A stretch of 56,775 bases of DNA, filler included, from Streblomastix strix (lineage: Eukaryota): assembly GCA_008636045.1 (NCBI GenBank). It is 3 parts of 3 records of this genome, joined end to end, with 100 filler letters (N's around TTAATTAATTAA, not from the genome) between each part and the next. Parts side by side here need not be neighbours in the genome. Positions count along the whole stretch, not along the records: positions 1 to 18,859 come from SNRW01000571.1; positions 18,960 to 37,818 come from SNRW01000572.1; 1 more part is not named here. One strand, written 5' to 3'. Below the pieces are notes generated by a model. That model worked only from the letters and a program-made list of their open reading frames with translations. It did not search any database and was not told the origin of the DNA. Positions 12,501-25,188 of this stretch are shown piece by piece; the stretch's first letter is position 1, and the number at the start of each line of letters is the position of its first letter. The translations under genes and the position numbers were made by a program.

Positions 12501-13823
12501 TGGGAATATTTTGATTAATATAAATAAAATATAATTAAATCATCAATAAACATTTATACATTAAATACACATACATATATAAATAAAATATAATTGTATT
12601 CATACATATGTCAACTATTCGCCATCTAGATTTTCATCATCTTATTGAGGTTGCTCATTTTCTATATTGGGTTTTTCATCAGTGTCTTCGTTTTGCTATT
12701 ATTCTTCATTATCCTCATCTTATTATTATTTTAACTCGCCCTGCTCATCTTCTTACCCGTCTCCATCTTATTAATCAGATTCTTCTCCAGTCTACTCTTC
12801 TCCAGAGCTAGACTCCTCTTCATCTTCATCACTTTAAATGCGCTGACTCTTAGAATCTTTGACCATAGCTGAGACGCTCTTAGGCGATTGTGATTTGATT
12901 ATAGATGTTGATTTTGGAACACGACGAGGTAGTACAGGACTTTTTGGCGATGGAACAAGCTCAGTTTTAGAAGTTGAAGGTGCGATTAGTTATTTTGAGA
13001 ATTTCTTCGAATTTACCAGATTATTCAAGGCGCTCTAATCGCTAATCGACCTGATGGGCTTCTGTGGTACAGTTGATTTACTGATGATTGGTGATGACGT
13101 AGTTGTCTTTTCGACCTATTTCGAAGGCACAGGTCCTTGGTGCGGCGTTCCTGTTGTTGCTTGCGGCTGCCCGTGCTACGTTCCTGGTGTAATTGCTGGT
13201 GGCTTCATTTAATTTTAATTATTTTGTCATTATGCGCTCATTTAATTGGTCTGTCCTCCAGTCGCACTCACGGGCCTTGCGGGACTAAGGATGCTCTGCG
13301 TCGGCGCTGGCTCGCTCTGCTTCGGCACCGGTGGTAACTGTTGCGGCTGCTATTTCGTAATTATTTCATTGTTGCGTGCGTTTGGCAATGCGGTTGTGGT
13401 TTATAAGGCTGGCGTAGCTGCGCGCTAAGGGCTACTTACTTGTGCTCTGATTTCTTGAATTATTTTGTTTCTCAGTTCGGTATGCTCGTCTGGCGGTGCT
13501 GGTTTTGGCGAATGTTTCTCGTGGAAGTCGCGACAAAATTAATCATGATCAGACTACTTAGGAAGAGGAGGTTTCGTGAAGATTAATGGTTCACCATCCG
13601 ACATTTGCAAGAACCCAGGATTCTCCGAGTAAGTTTGTGGTTGTACTTGCTATGTAGGTGATTTGTCATTGTTGACTGCCGTACTCACTGGAGATGAACC
13701 TTGTGAAGGTTTTATAGATGCATTGGAGTTGGGAACCTAAAGTTAATTATTTGGCTGTGTCTGTCCCTGAGGTGCTGCGATTTGGGGGGGTTTTGTTTAT
13801 CTAATTAAAATGGGTTTTATCAT
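8489..13823 (-). CDS. Large multi-exon protein (~1,480 aa): P/Q/S-rich and acidic disordered N-terminus plus C-terminal Ulp1/C48 (CE-clan)-like cysteine protease; two in-frame TGA, so possibly a pseudogene
   Basis: ATG at 13823. Phase-consistent exons 13823-12606, 12493-12259, 12123-11280, 11218-11200, 11119-10998, 10855-~10689, ~10615-10421, 10260-~9647 and ~9505-8489. Last exon reads FFIVHVLDHYVLVVLDYANAAIYAQDS...FHQPPLTYGYCGYYVIRML, giving His (9032-9034), Asp (8981-8983), Gln (8792-8794) and Cys (8768-8770) in CE-clan order. Confidence 0.7.
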
Positions 13824-14193
13824 GTATTATTTAATGACAATTAGAAAGCTTGGTTAACACACCTCTCGTCAAAATCCATCCTGGACTCAATTATCTGAGA
13901 AAAGTCCTATATTTTATAGGACCTATAAAATAAATTTACGCTAGATTGTTAATTTTTTTTCAAAAAATTTTTTCAAATGGTTTCCTATTTTTATTCATAT
14001 TATATTATATAATATTATTAAATTATTATTGGATTATTAATTACTAATATAAGTCATTATTGGATCATAAAAAATATATAGTAAATTTCTTTTTCGTTTT
14101 TCTTTGGGATCTCACTCTGTTTTTTCTCACCAAGAAGAAAAAAGTTAAAAAACCCGTATACAATTTATTACAACTTTTTATTCCGGTTTGTCA
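13824..14193. promoter_or_regulatory. Putative bidirectional promoter between two divergent large genes
   Basis: 370-bp AT-rich spacer between divergent ATGs at 13823 (-) and 14194 (+). Contains the hairpin GTCCTATATTTTATAGGAC (~13904-13922). Confidence 0.4.
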
Positions 14194-17100
14194 ATGACTA
14201 CCAACAATACCTCTGGATGGGTATAATCATCCATACCTTTCGACACTGGCGAGAAACCGGGCGGTGAAGCTGCGAGCGAGATTCAGGAGCATCTGGAGGA
14301 GCTAACTTCAAATAGGAGTGCTGATACTGCTACACGCGACGAACCGGAACTGGTACAACCACAGACAGGTGAGAGTTAAATTCCATCGGCTGAGCGCACA
14401 GAATTTTAGGAAGTCATCTCTGGCTTACCTAAAGAAATTTTTCAGGACATGATTGTTGCTGGAGTCACTTCACACACATCCAACCCAGCAAATAGTGGAG
14501 ACTCGGACCTTACTACTCCGAGTGTCCAGAGGAACGCGGTGAATTCTCTTTCACCAGAAGAACACGCGACGTCCGGTGATGCAACCACACCATCAGTGGT
14601 TTCTACATCAGCATCAACGGACAACAGCATCAGCATGAACCCGACTGTCACACCAGACAAGTCGCAGGTCACACCTCAGAAGAAGCCGTCGCTGGACACA
14701 GGTACAAATTTCAATCCGCTAGCATCTCCGGCAGCAGCGCACTGGACAGAGGTTAGCAAGCAGGCAAGCTTATACTAGCAAATACATGCTTAGGTTAAGC
14801 AATAACAGTAAATACAGTTTGAGAGATACAATACAAAAGCAACAATGGATTCTCCTATTTAGCCATTTTTTGCTTAAAAAGCCGAATCACCAACACCATC
14901 ACCTTCACCATCACTGTAAACACGATAATCAGGAGTAGTGTCTAGATCACCGTCACAATCATCGACAAGCATACATATATCGCCAAGCAGTGGTGAGAAA
15001 AAGGGCTCAAGAAACAGCAAAAATAGTAAACCTGATAACTAAATTTACCCGAAATCGTAAAAGGAAGACTCGCGAAATTCAACCCCTTAGCTCAATACTT
15101 CAACTATATTCACCAACAAAGAATAGAGAGGTATAGTGCTACAACAGAACATGATGAGCAAATTCGTCGAACAGCTTCGCACTAGGCGGAAAATCGAGGT
15201 TGAAGGCGAAGACCCCAAAACTGCGGAAATTTCAAACCCCTCGGATAATGAAGTGAATCAACAATAAGTACAGCATACATCACCATAAATACAACCAACA
15301 CAAATCTAGGAGGGATAACCATCGGCGTCGGCGGAAACACGGATTTCTGAATTTTCAAACATCGCATTTTCTGAGCCGACTCACTAGGACTATTTATAAG
15401 TATCAAACAGTAATATTATATAGATTGGCACACCAGAGATACAAATTAGTCATCAAAGCTCATAAAACAGCAAAAGCACGGCGGAAATCGCACAAAACTC
15501 AACACCTCAGATTTCTGCAGTACGCTCTCCTATATAAATAGGATAAACATAAAATATCATTCAGAATAACAAGTTAATACAGAGTGCTACTAGCTCAATG
15601 GTAATAGATAGTGGATAGGGCACGAGCAACTCAACGATTTCCCAGACCCAGGTTCAAATCCTACAACAAAGCAAAAATGTGGAAATTCTATCAGGACCGT
15701 TTCAATCCATATAATTCACTGAATAGGATTTCAATATGGAAAACGATATAAATATGGAATACAGAAATGAAAATGAGATCGACACTAGAATTGGAATCTA
15801 AACTGGAATCGGAAACTAATATAATGATAGAATCGAGAATGGATCTGAAATGGAGATTGACCAGGGAAATCAACTCATATCTGAGACCATGGGAATCCAA
15901 CGTATATCATCACTACCAATACAACAATCACAAATCAATTTCTAGTCATAAAAGCATCGTAAACTACAATAGAACATAGACCAAACATTGGAACAGGAGA
16001 AGGAGAAGGAAAAAGAAAAAGAAAAAGAACCTCAAAATTAATAGACCTAACATAAAGGTTTAAGTTAAAAATAATTGACAGGTCCCAATAAAACACTAGC
16101 ACTAAGAAATGGTAATGACATAATAAAGGAACTACAAGATAGGCAATACGAAATACAGGTCAAGAATACAATGTTCTACAACAACATACAACCAAGTGCT
16201 AGGATTCCTTTGAATTAATACTTCAATCAAGGAAACAATGAATATCATCCACCTCTTCAAATGATAATTCCTACTGTATCATCATCATCATCATCGTTTA
16301 CCACTAATAGCAAGAATTCATCACTCCAACAACAATAATCAATAATCATACATGAGGAAGAAGAAGAAGAAGAAGAATAAGAAGAAGGAGAAATTGTAGA
16401 TCAACCAATAAAAAGATCAATACATAATCAATCAGAAGGGGAGTCTGATTCCTAAGGACATAGCTAAAGACAACACAGGAAGAACAAGAGACGTAGATCG
16501 TAATCACCAATAGCACCAATGGCAATGGATAGGGTATCAATACTAGACTAGCTACATGTTCCAGTATTAGATGTATAAAAGGACTTCCCAGATGTCAACA
16601 TAGCAGATGCACCACCATACTACGACGGAGTACAATAAATACTGTATCCACATACAACAGGAGCGCCAGACTAGGTAGAGCTTCACATGCATGTCAACAT
16701 CGTAGGTAACCCAAGGAAAGGTACTAAGCAATAGATACAAGCACTACCAGCATCGTTGACTCTGCCGTTCACAGCTGGGTACTATTGCACAGACTGTAGA
16801 TAGGCTAACAACTAGCCTAGAGAGTTCGTGGACGAGATCTTCGGAGGCTCCAAGTACGACTGGAACAGCGACCTACCTCCTACACTCCTCAAAACGGGCT
16901 TCACCAAGGAGGAAGAGAAGATCACAAAGCTAACCTTCGAGATAGTTCACGGTAAAGTTATAGAGGAACTTCAGGTACAACAACAGTATGGTAAGTTGGG
17001 ACACCCTCTATCAATCAGCTGCAGAGCGGTTCGACAACCACACACTGCCGGATAGATTGCCTTCATCATATCCGAGCAGTGGCACCCGGAGATCGCCAAC

Positions 17101-18859
17101 TTCACCGTACAGGAGTTGCGCGACGCGAACACGTATAGGAAGCCTGAGGACTTCCGGTTCGCGGAGAAGGAGAGGATGCCCTCGCAGGAGAGCATCCAGG
17201 AACTATCCACGCTTATAGTTCCCAACATCGCGGGAGTGAATCCAAAGTACCTGGATCCGAGACTCATCGCGGAAGCGGCCAACGTCGTGCGATCGATAGC
17301 GTAGGTAACGAACGACAGGTACTTCCTATTCGCCATGGGACTAGAGGAGGACAGAATCCAGCAGGTAATAGAAGGAGACAGATTCCACAACGACGAGATA
17401 AAACACAACCTGCTACTACTTACGCTGTGTTCAATATCATCATTGGCAGGAGTATTTCCTCATCTCATCAACTATTTCAGCCAATGCTTCTGGGGATGTC
17501 AAATCTGCAACATCCCCCTACCACTCCCAATATGCTTCCTAGCACCTCCAGAGTTTGACATCCTTCCACCCGATGCCATGTTTAGAGAAATAATCAGAAG
17601 GATGGCCTATCCTCACCACATTCATACAAAATCACCCTAAATTTATAAAAGAGGTGCCATTTTTGAGACTGATTCTACTGATCAAGTGGTGTTAAACATG
17701 AGGAACTACATTACTTTACAGATAGATGCATGGAGTGGCACTCCAATATACTTAAAACAATGCCTAACAAAATCCATGAAACTTTTTCCGCCGTAAAATA
17801 ATTTGACAGACACTATAGAATCGAGAAGAGATGCTGCAATTTAATAAAAATAAACCTACCCAATCAATATATAACAAGTAATAGAAATGGAAAGAATTAG
17901 AATCAAAGCTCATAATGATAGATTTAGAAGAAAACCTAGTAATTTTAATAATAATAATAATAATAATAATAATTAATAATAATCATCATCATCATCATCA
18001 ACTTCATCATCAAAATTTGTTTATTAAGGAAACTACTAAGAAGAAAAATAAATAGATCCATTCAATCAAGCAGGACATATAACAAAAGGTTTGATATTCA
18101 ATTTGGATGGACAATTCATAGTTGTTACTACTAAAGGTGCCAAAACAAGAGGATTGAATGGTGGTGGTAGCAATGGTGGAACAAATCAATATTAGTTAAC
18201 TAATTTTAAAGTCTCTTTATATGCTATCTTCTTGTCGAACTTTGATTATCACAACACTGCTTCTGAAGTATTTGAATCAAACAACAAGCCAGATAGCAGG
18301 AGAAGTAATCATAAAATGCTAATTCCATATGGGGATATTGAGGATGACCCACCATACATTGCAAAGCTATATGAAATATGGTTAGCTGAAGCATAATTAT
18401 ATGATTTGAATAAAAGATAATAATAATAATAACAATAGAAATAAAAACCAAATCCCAAACCAAAATAACAAAAACATCCTCAACAACTCATCCAACCAAT
18501 AAAAAAGACACCCTTCTTTTAATTCAAATGGAACCCACATGAAGCACATGCACTAGCAGAAGTCAACAGACCAGCAGCTCCAGAAGTATACTCATTGGAG
18601 AAAGACCCACTCCAACCAGTGGATGCATTCGGACTCCAATTGAGGGCAGATGAAGTCAAACCATACAAACCACTACAACATGGTAAGATATTCTGGACAG
18701 ATAAGGACACTACTGCATACATAAGGATCGTCAAACAGCTAGCTGGCCCACTGATCATCAAAACAATCGAAGCAATCACTGAATACTCACAAGCTCCACC
18801 TAATATGAAAGGAGAAAGAAGCATAGCAGCGGATTCAGCATATAGGAAAGTTCTGGGCA
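14194..18859 (+). CDS. Intronless giant ORF (>1,555 aa, 3'-truncated by contig end), unknown function, mobile-element-like
   Basis: Frame +1 has no TGA from ATG 14194 to the gap, and track fragments 14449, 16828, 17116, 17335 and 18595 all share this frame. About 790 aa of S/Q/T/E-rich N-terminus precede a globular region with YYCTDCR (~16785) and FWGCQICNIP (~17495). Confidence 0.85.
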
Positions 18860-18959
18860 NNNNNNNNNNNNNNNNNNNNNNNNNNNNNNNNNNNNNNNNN
18901 NNNTTAATTAATTAANNNNNNNNNNNNNNNNNNNNNNNNNNNNNNNNNNNNNNNNNNNN
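18860..18959. other. Artificial contig linker (N44-TTAATTAATTAA-N44)
   Basis: Ns flank a 12-mer with standard-code stops in all six frames. An identical linker occurs at 37819-37918, and the flanking segments have near-identical lengths (18859/18859/18857). Confidence 0.97.
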
Positions 18960-19263
18960 ATTTTTCGTATAAAAATCATGTTTATTCAATATGCTCTATT
19001 TTGAAAAGTGACCTGCATGAATATACAAATCTAAAAAATGTGTTGTGAACTATTTCTGATTCAAAGCTCCAAAAGAGAAAAATAATATAAAACAAAGCAC
19101 AAATTTTTCAAATTTTTATTTTTTTAAAAAAGTTTTCACTTACACATACAATGATCACACCGATTTTCGTTTCAAATGCACGACACATTCGTTGTATCGG
19201 TATTTATTTTTTAATTTTTTATGAATTCAGCACATTGCGCCCTATATATATTATTGCAATTAA

Positions 19264-19885
19264 ATGAAAAGTATTACGGAGGAGGAGATCAAAATGGCCT
19301 TTGATTTACTCACTGATGGGGACCAGGTCCTGACCGTTGAGAAATTTGCAGCAAAAACGCGAGATTTTCATGTCCATAATTTTCGAGAATTAATTGGCGA
19401 GAAGAATTATTTATCGTTTGAAGAGCTCCGTGACTTCCTGCTTTTAAACGATCGCCTCGGCTCTGATGATGCAATGATGCTGTCAATGAAAGTTTGCTCT
19501 TCTAATAAAGATTTTTTATATTTTGTTTTCTCAGTTTCTGGACCCACAGAACACTGGATTTGTTGATATGAAAATTGTGAAGAATTTTTTGGAGAAAACA
19601 TTAAATGTTGAGCTATCCGCTAAGGACTTGGAAGAAATAATAAAAGTAACCGATTCTGATGGTGATGGTAAGATTAACTTGAATGACTTCAGCAACATGC
19701 TGCAATTCTTGTATGAATTGTATTTTCATCGGATTTTTCAATATTTTCATATATTCATAACAATAAATCCAGCGACCAGCGCCCTGAAATATCACTTACT
19801 GCTGGCATTTCACCATAATCTGATACAAAAGAATAAAATTAAGCATCCAATGACTTTTAAACATATGATTAACTTAATTTTTTGA
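19264..19885 (+). CDS. EF-hand calcium-binding protein (calmodulin/centrin-like)
   Basis: EEEIKMAFDLL..; intron 19492-19534 (GTTTGC..TCTCAG); then FLDPQNTGFVD and the canonical EF loop DSDGDGKINLNDF. The 3' end is uncertain (possible intron 19711-19772). Confidence 0.85.
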
Positions 19886-19955
19886 GATGTAAAATTCAAT
19901 AAAATGATATGATGTAAAATTCCCTTTTACCTCTGCAGAACATGTATCAAATATT

Positions 19956-22900
19956 TCATAGATTGCATTGCAGATACAATTAAGCTTGTTCAGCAACAGT
20001 CAGGTCATCCTTCTGTGAAGCGAGTGCATGAACATGCTTAGTCAGTACAACACGCTGAATTGCAGTGCGTGTAGATCTCTCACCTCGCTGTATTAACAGT
20101 ACTAACAGAATAAGAGCTGCATTAGCCATGCTCATTAAATTCCTGCTGTTTGACTTTCCAAGGGAATCACTTGCATCAGAAATACGATGTGCAAGATCAT
20201 TTAGAAAGTTGTTGCTTGAAATTTCTTCATGGTTTTCTATAAATATTATAAATGAAGGGTGGGAAAAAATTAGTAAGATATCTATATTCATAATAAATAA
20301 TGAACCTTTAGTGCTTGCAAGAGATGTGAGAGTATTCAAACAGACGCAAACATTCTGGGGGTCAGTTTCTAATGCAGATACATTCTTCAAATATTTAATG
20401 ACTGGTACTGCAATTTGTTGAGGCATCTTCTAATTCCTGAAAAGACGGCCCAGACATAAAGCAGAGCTCTTTCTCATATTGTCATTAGTTGTATGATTAA
20501 AGAAATGTACAAGGCGGTTAATTCCTCCCAATGATTCAAATTGAGAATAATAAGGATGGTTTCTTGGAGTTCCTGATATTCTGCGGCATCCAGCTAATAT
20601 AATATTACTTAAAGCAACTATTGCATCTCCACATACATGCTAATCTGGATGATCGAGTATTTTAATAATCACAGGAAGAGCTCTTTGACGAACGAGGTCA
20701 TCACGCTGTTCATCAGTGCTATGAACTGTTAATCTGGCAATTGGTGCAACATGAATACGTTTGAGCATTCTAATGTCTGCTCCTAATATTGATAGGAATT
20801 CTTTTATTACAAATGGATCTAAGAATTATCCAACTCCTTCTTTATTTGCTTTTAATATACCATCAACTATTCCAAATATTACTTCAATTGTATATTCTGA
20901 TGGCTTTGATTCTAACAAACTTGCCAAGTCTGCAAAAACACCTGAAGTACTTAGAAGAGCTTTTCTCCAATCTTCGCATTATCCTGATGTGATGATTGAT
21001 GACAATTGTCTAAGAGCAACTTTTTATATTTCGTGGTCTTTATCACTGAAATAAGTTATGCATTATTAAAATAAATAAATAAATCTGTGAATAATAATAA
21101 TATTATTTCATACCAATACTTTGCAGTTGCTAATATTATATGAACATATGGAATATCAAGTATTTCAGGAATGTCAAAATAACAATTTCCATTTGTTTTC
21201 ATTTCTTATTAGTTCAATTTATACTCTATAAATTAATAATAATTTAATGTATTGATTAATAATTTAAAAAAAAATAATAAGTTATTAAATTAAAATTAAT
21301 CCATTATACTTTTTCCTTTCAGTTCTTTTAATTCTTTTTAAAGTCTAATGACCTAATTTGAATCTCCATTTCTATAACTTCCATAAGTCTTATCTCTAAT
21401 ACCATGTACTGACTACTACTGACCACCTCTTAAAATATTAATTTCTTTTTCCATAGCCAATAATTCCTGATAATCTTATTCCCTCTCAAAATCTCTGTCT
21501 TTTTCTCTCTATATTTCTCTCTCCTAAATTCTTCTCATTTTTCCCTCTAAATGATTCTTCTCTTCTCTTGAATACTTCAGGTCTCTTTCCAATGACTATT
21601 TTTGCTTCTCAATCAGCATCAATCTCTCTTCATATATGCGCTCTTTTTCATTAACTACTTCTCCTGCTGTACTAATGATTGATGCTTTTCTAACTGAGAA
21701 TTCTTCATCAGTGCGTAATTTCTCTTTTTTTAATTCTTCCTTTAATTATTCAGCATGTATCTTTAGTCTATTAATTTCATTGTCCTAATCATATTCTCCC
21801 TGGATTGAATAATTAATTCCACGTTCCATCTTCTTCAATGCATTCAAATAATCTTTGTTTTCTTCTCTTAATCTTTGTATTTCTAAATTCTTAACCTTAA
21901 TCTAATTACGATATTAAATCAACTATTCATTCTATTATTATGAATCAACTGGTGTCAATCTATTACTTGATTTTGAATTAGGAAATGGTATCTTAGATAT
22001 TTAAGACTAATCAAAGTCAGATTCTTATCTTCTGTCATTCTATTTAATCAAGGATGTTGTAGGAACAGGTTAATCTCCTATATCCTTCCCATATATCAAT
22101 GCAGCTTTCCTTTATATTCTTTCTTATATAGAAAGACTCTTTGTTATGGATTCAGCACCAAGTAGCAGTCCATCTTCATCAGAATACATTTCATTGTCAT
22201 CTTATTAATACTTCTTTTCTTTGTAATTATTTCTTATTTCTTCTATTTTATTCAATTCTTTTATTTTAGAGTCAAGTTATATATTTTCATTTCTAAGTCT
22301 TTCCAATTCTTTTTCATGTTATTCTTACTCTCTAATCTTAGCATCATTTGTCAATATTACATTTCTAAGTCTTGATACTTCCCTTTCAAGATCTTCTATT
22401 CTTTAATTGGAATTTCCAGATATATTGTCAGTTTCATCATGAATTCTTCTAAGTTGATTTTAAGCCATTTCTAATTCCTCTTTAACTTATGTTAATTCTC
22501 TAGCAGCATCTTTTAATATCATTTCTTTATCACTTAACTAAGCAAGCATTTCATCTAGACTTAACTGTAATTCTGCTTATGCTTCTTATGACTATAGCTT
22601 TTAATCATGTAATTAATCTTCTTTTTCATCTAATTCATGATTCAATTCTTCAATCTTCTGCTCATATACTTTTAATTATTAAATTAAACTTCCTGATTTA
22701 TTTCCATCAATATTTACTTCTTATTCATCATTATGAAGTCTATCCACAGGATCTGATTAAGATTCAAGTCTTTTAATTTTAGCATTAAGCTTCTAAAGCT
22801 GATTTTCAAGTGTAGTGACGTTGGATTATTGTTGAATGAGCAAAGATTTCTATTAATTAATTTCTCGATCTTTTGCTAATATTTTTGCATTAAATTAATT

Positions 22901-23666
22901 CTCTAGGTCTTTCAATTTACCAAGTTCGGTATTTCTACCATCTTAATTAAGATTTGAAGAAGCATCAATACTAGTTTTCCTTTCAGAATTACCTATCTAA
23001 ACTCTGAGAGAATTAATTTCTTAATCTTTTTCCTTAATCTACTAATCCATTTAAATCATCTAGTTCTCCATACATTTGTCAATAGATGCAACAATTCCAC
23101 AAACATCCTTACATATAAATAATAATTACGTATAAAAATTAAGATAATGGATTTATATTAAATAAATTACATGGGAAAATATGATAAGAAGAAAAATAAG
23201 GAAAAAATCATACATAAAGAGGACTTTTTTTCTCACTTTTACTATGAATTTGAAGTGCAATATCAAATAATCCTCCTTAAAGCACATTTTCATAGTTTTT
23301 ATCGTCTAAATTGAAGGAAAATTTCAGAATAATTTAAAAAATAAAAAAATGCAATTTTACAGGTGACGATAAAAAAATATGTATACTCTATACAGCATAT
23401 TATATTAAAATTTTTATTGCAGCTAACTGCTCATCAATAGCCCCATTTTGTACATGCTTAATGAGCTCACTGATATCTTTGTCCTGCGAAACGCATGGAA
23501 CAAACAATAAATGCTTATTTCCTAATTAATTCATGCCCTCATACTGTAACAATTGGTAACCCTTCAAACAGCATCGTTTTCCTCAAATTAAATAACTTTT
23601 AATGAAGTTTATTTCCAAACCTTTTATTGATTTGTCATCTAATCAAACTGAGGACTTAACCACATT
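19956..23666 (-). CDS. Long coiled-coil protein with C-terminal ARM-like helical repeats
   Basis: Code-6 frame open over ~23110-21310 (E/K/Q/R-rich heptads). Later exons give HPYYSQFESLGGINRLVHFFNHTTNDNMRKSSALCLGRLFRNQKMPQQIAVPVIKYLK. TGA at 19956-19958. Start approximate. Confidence 0.75.
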
Positions 23667-23875
23667 ATTCAACTCAACATAATATTCTTAATTATTTTAT
23701 TTTAATATGCAAAACACAAAGATCACCAGTAATATATGACAAAAACATAGATGAAAAATAAAAAGCCAGATTAACACCCTATCTATGTTATCTCTCATAA
23801 TTTTTCATTAAATTTTTTACTATCTCATTTTTTAAATATTTTATTATAATAAAATAGTCAAAATAATTAATTATC

Positions 23876-24751
23876 ATGTTTCAATGGATAAAATTCGCAA
23901 GAAAAAATCTATATTACACATTCATAGGAGCAATAATAGATATTCTTATGATTGGATTCACAGTGGTGTTTGGACTTGCTTCATTTCACAGTGAGAATGG
24001 AAAAAGTTTCTTATTTTTTGAGAGTTACACATTTTCAGCAATCATTTTATGCATAAACATTATTCTCATTGATATAATACTATTCATACACGTAGTAGAT
24101 AGAGTAAATTTACTCTTATTATTAGCATTCTTCATCATCGTATTTCCAGCTCTTCGATTAGATAATCTGATTATGGGATCTTATTGGCTTGCCTTCATAC
24201 CTGATGAAGTATTTATGTTGTTAATGATAATACCTGTAATATTAATTATTCTAAACACAGAATATGTTATTGTCCGTATACTTTTACCAATCTCTTACCT
24301 CCTATCAGTTGCAGGGTTGATTTTATATATTGCACGAATAAATGGTTTAATAACTTATTTGATTATTAAAATATTATTGATATTATTTTTTATTTCAGGA
24401 TAAATTGAAACTCATTGGATTTTCTTAATAATTCCTGCTTCTCTTGGAATAGAATTATTGATTTGGGGTATAAATAAAACATGGAAAAAGGAGCAGAAGA
24501 ATATTATTATACGAAGAGCAACCATTATAACCATTGGAATATTCACATTTGTATAACCTTCACTTTTTGCACTTCGTGTTGATAGACTTTTTGTTATTAA
24601 TTTCTTTATTATACTTTTACCTACATTCATTGTGTTATGTGTGATATTTGTCGTTCTTTCGACCTTCACAACAAAAGAAATTATATCTGCTTGGATAATT
24701 TCCCAACAGCTGAAAGATCTACGTAAAAATGGATTAATATTTGATGAATGA
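23876..24751 (+). CDS. Multi-pass membrane protein, TMEM185/TMEM60 (Fragile-X-F)-like
   Basis: Hydrophobic helices with repeated ALRLDNLIMGSYWLAFIP / ARINGQIETHWIFLIIP / ALRVDRLFVINFFIILLP motif. 54-nt intron at 24345-24398. TGA at 24749-24751. Confidence 0.8.
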
Positions 24752-25188
24752 ATTATAATTGGTAAAATAAAAGAAATAATTCAGGATAATATAAATTTGC
24801 ATCTTTTATCAAAATTGTCCTTTTGGATAAATATCCGAATTCTAAATTAAACATTTAATATTTTATGCGTTAATTATATTTTAACTATTAAAAATCACAC
24901 TATAATCGCCGTAGAAGAACTTAGAATAATAAGCTTTTTGTGCAAATATTTATAGGGTTGGTGAAGTCAAAACCGCACTTTTTGATATCTGTATATATAA
25001 TATTAGCATAATTATTTAAGCAAGTTACTATCATAACTTTAATACATTGAGATACAATACTTTTTTTAACTCATCAATCTTTTTCATTGTTAGCGCTGAT
25101 TTTTAATTGCATATTTATATATATTTCGCACGTCACTTCATTTAATTCTTTAATTTTCTATTATACATTGGGTTTTTACCAATAGGAT

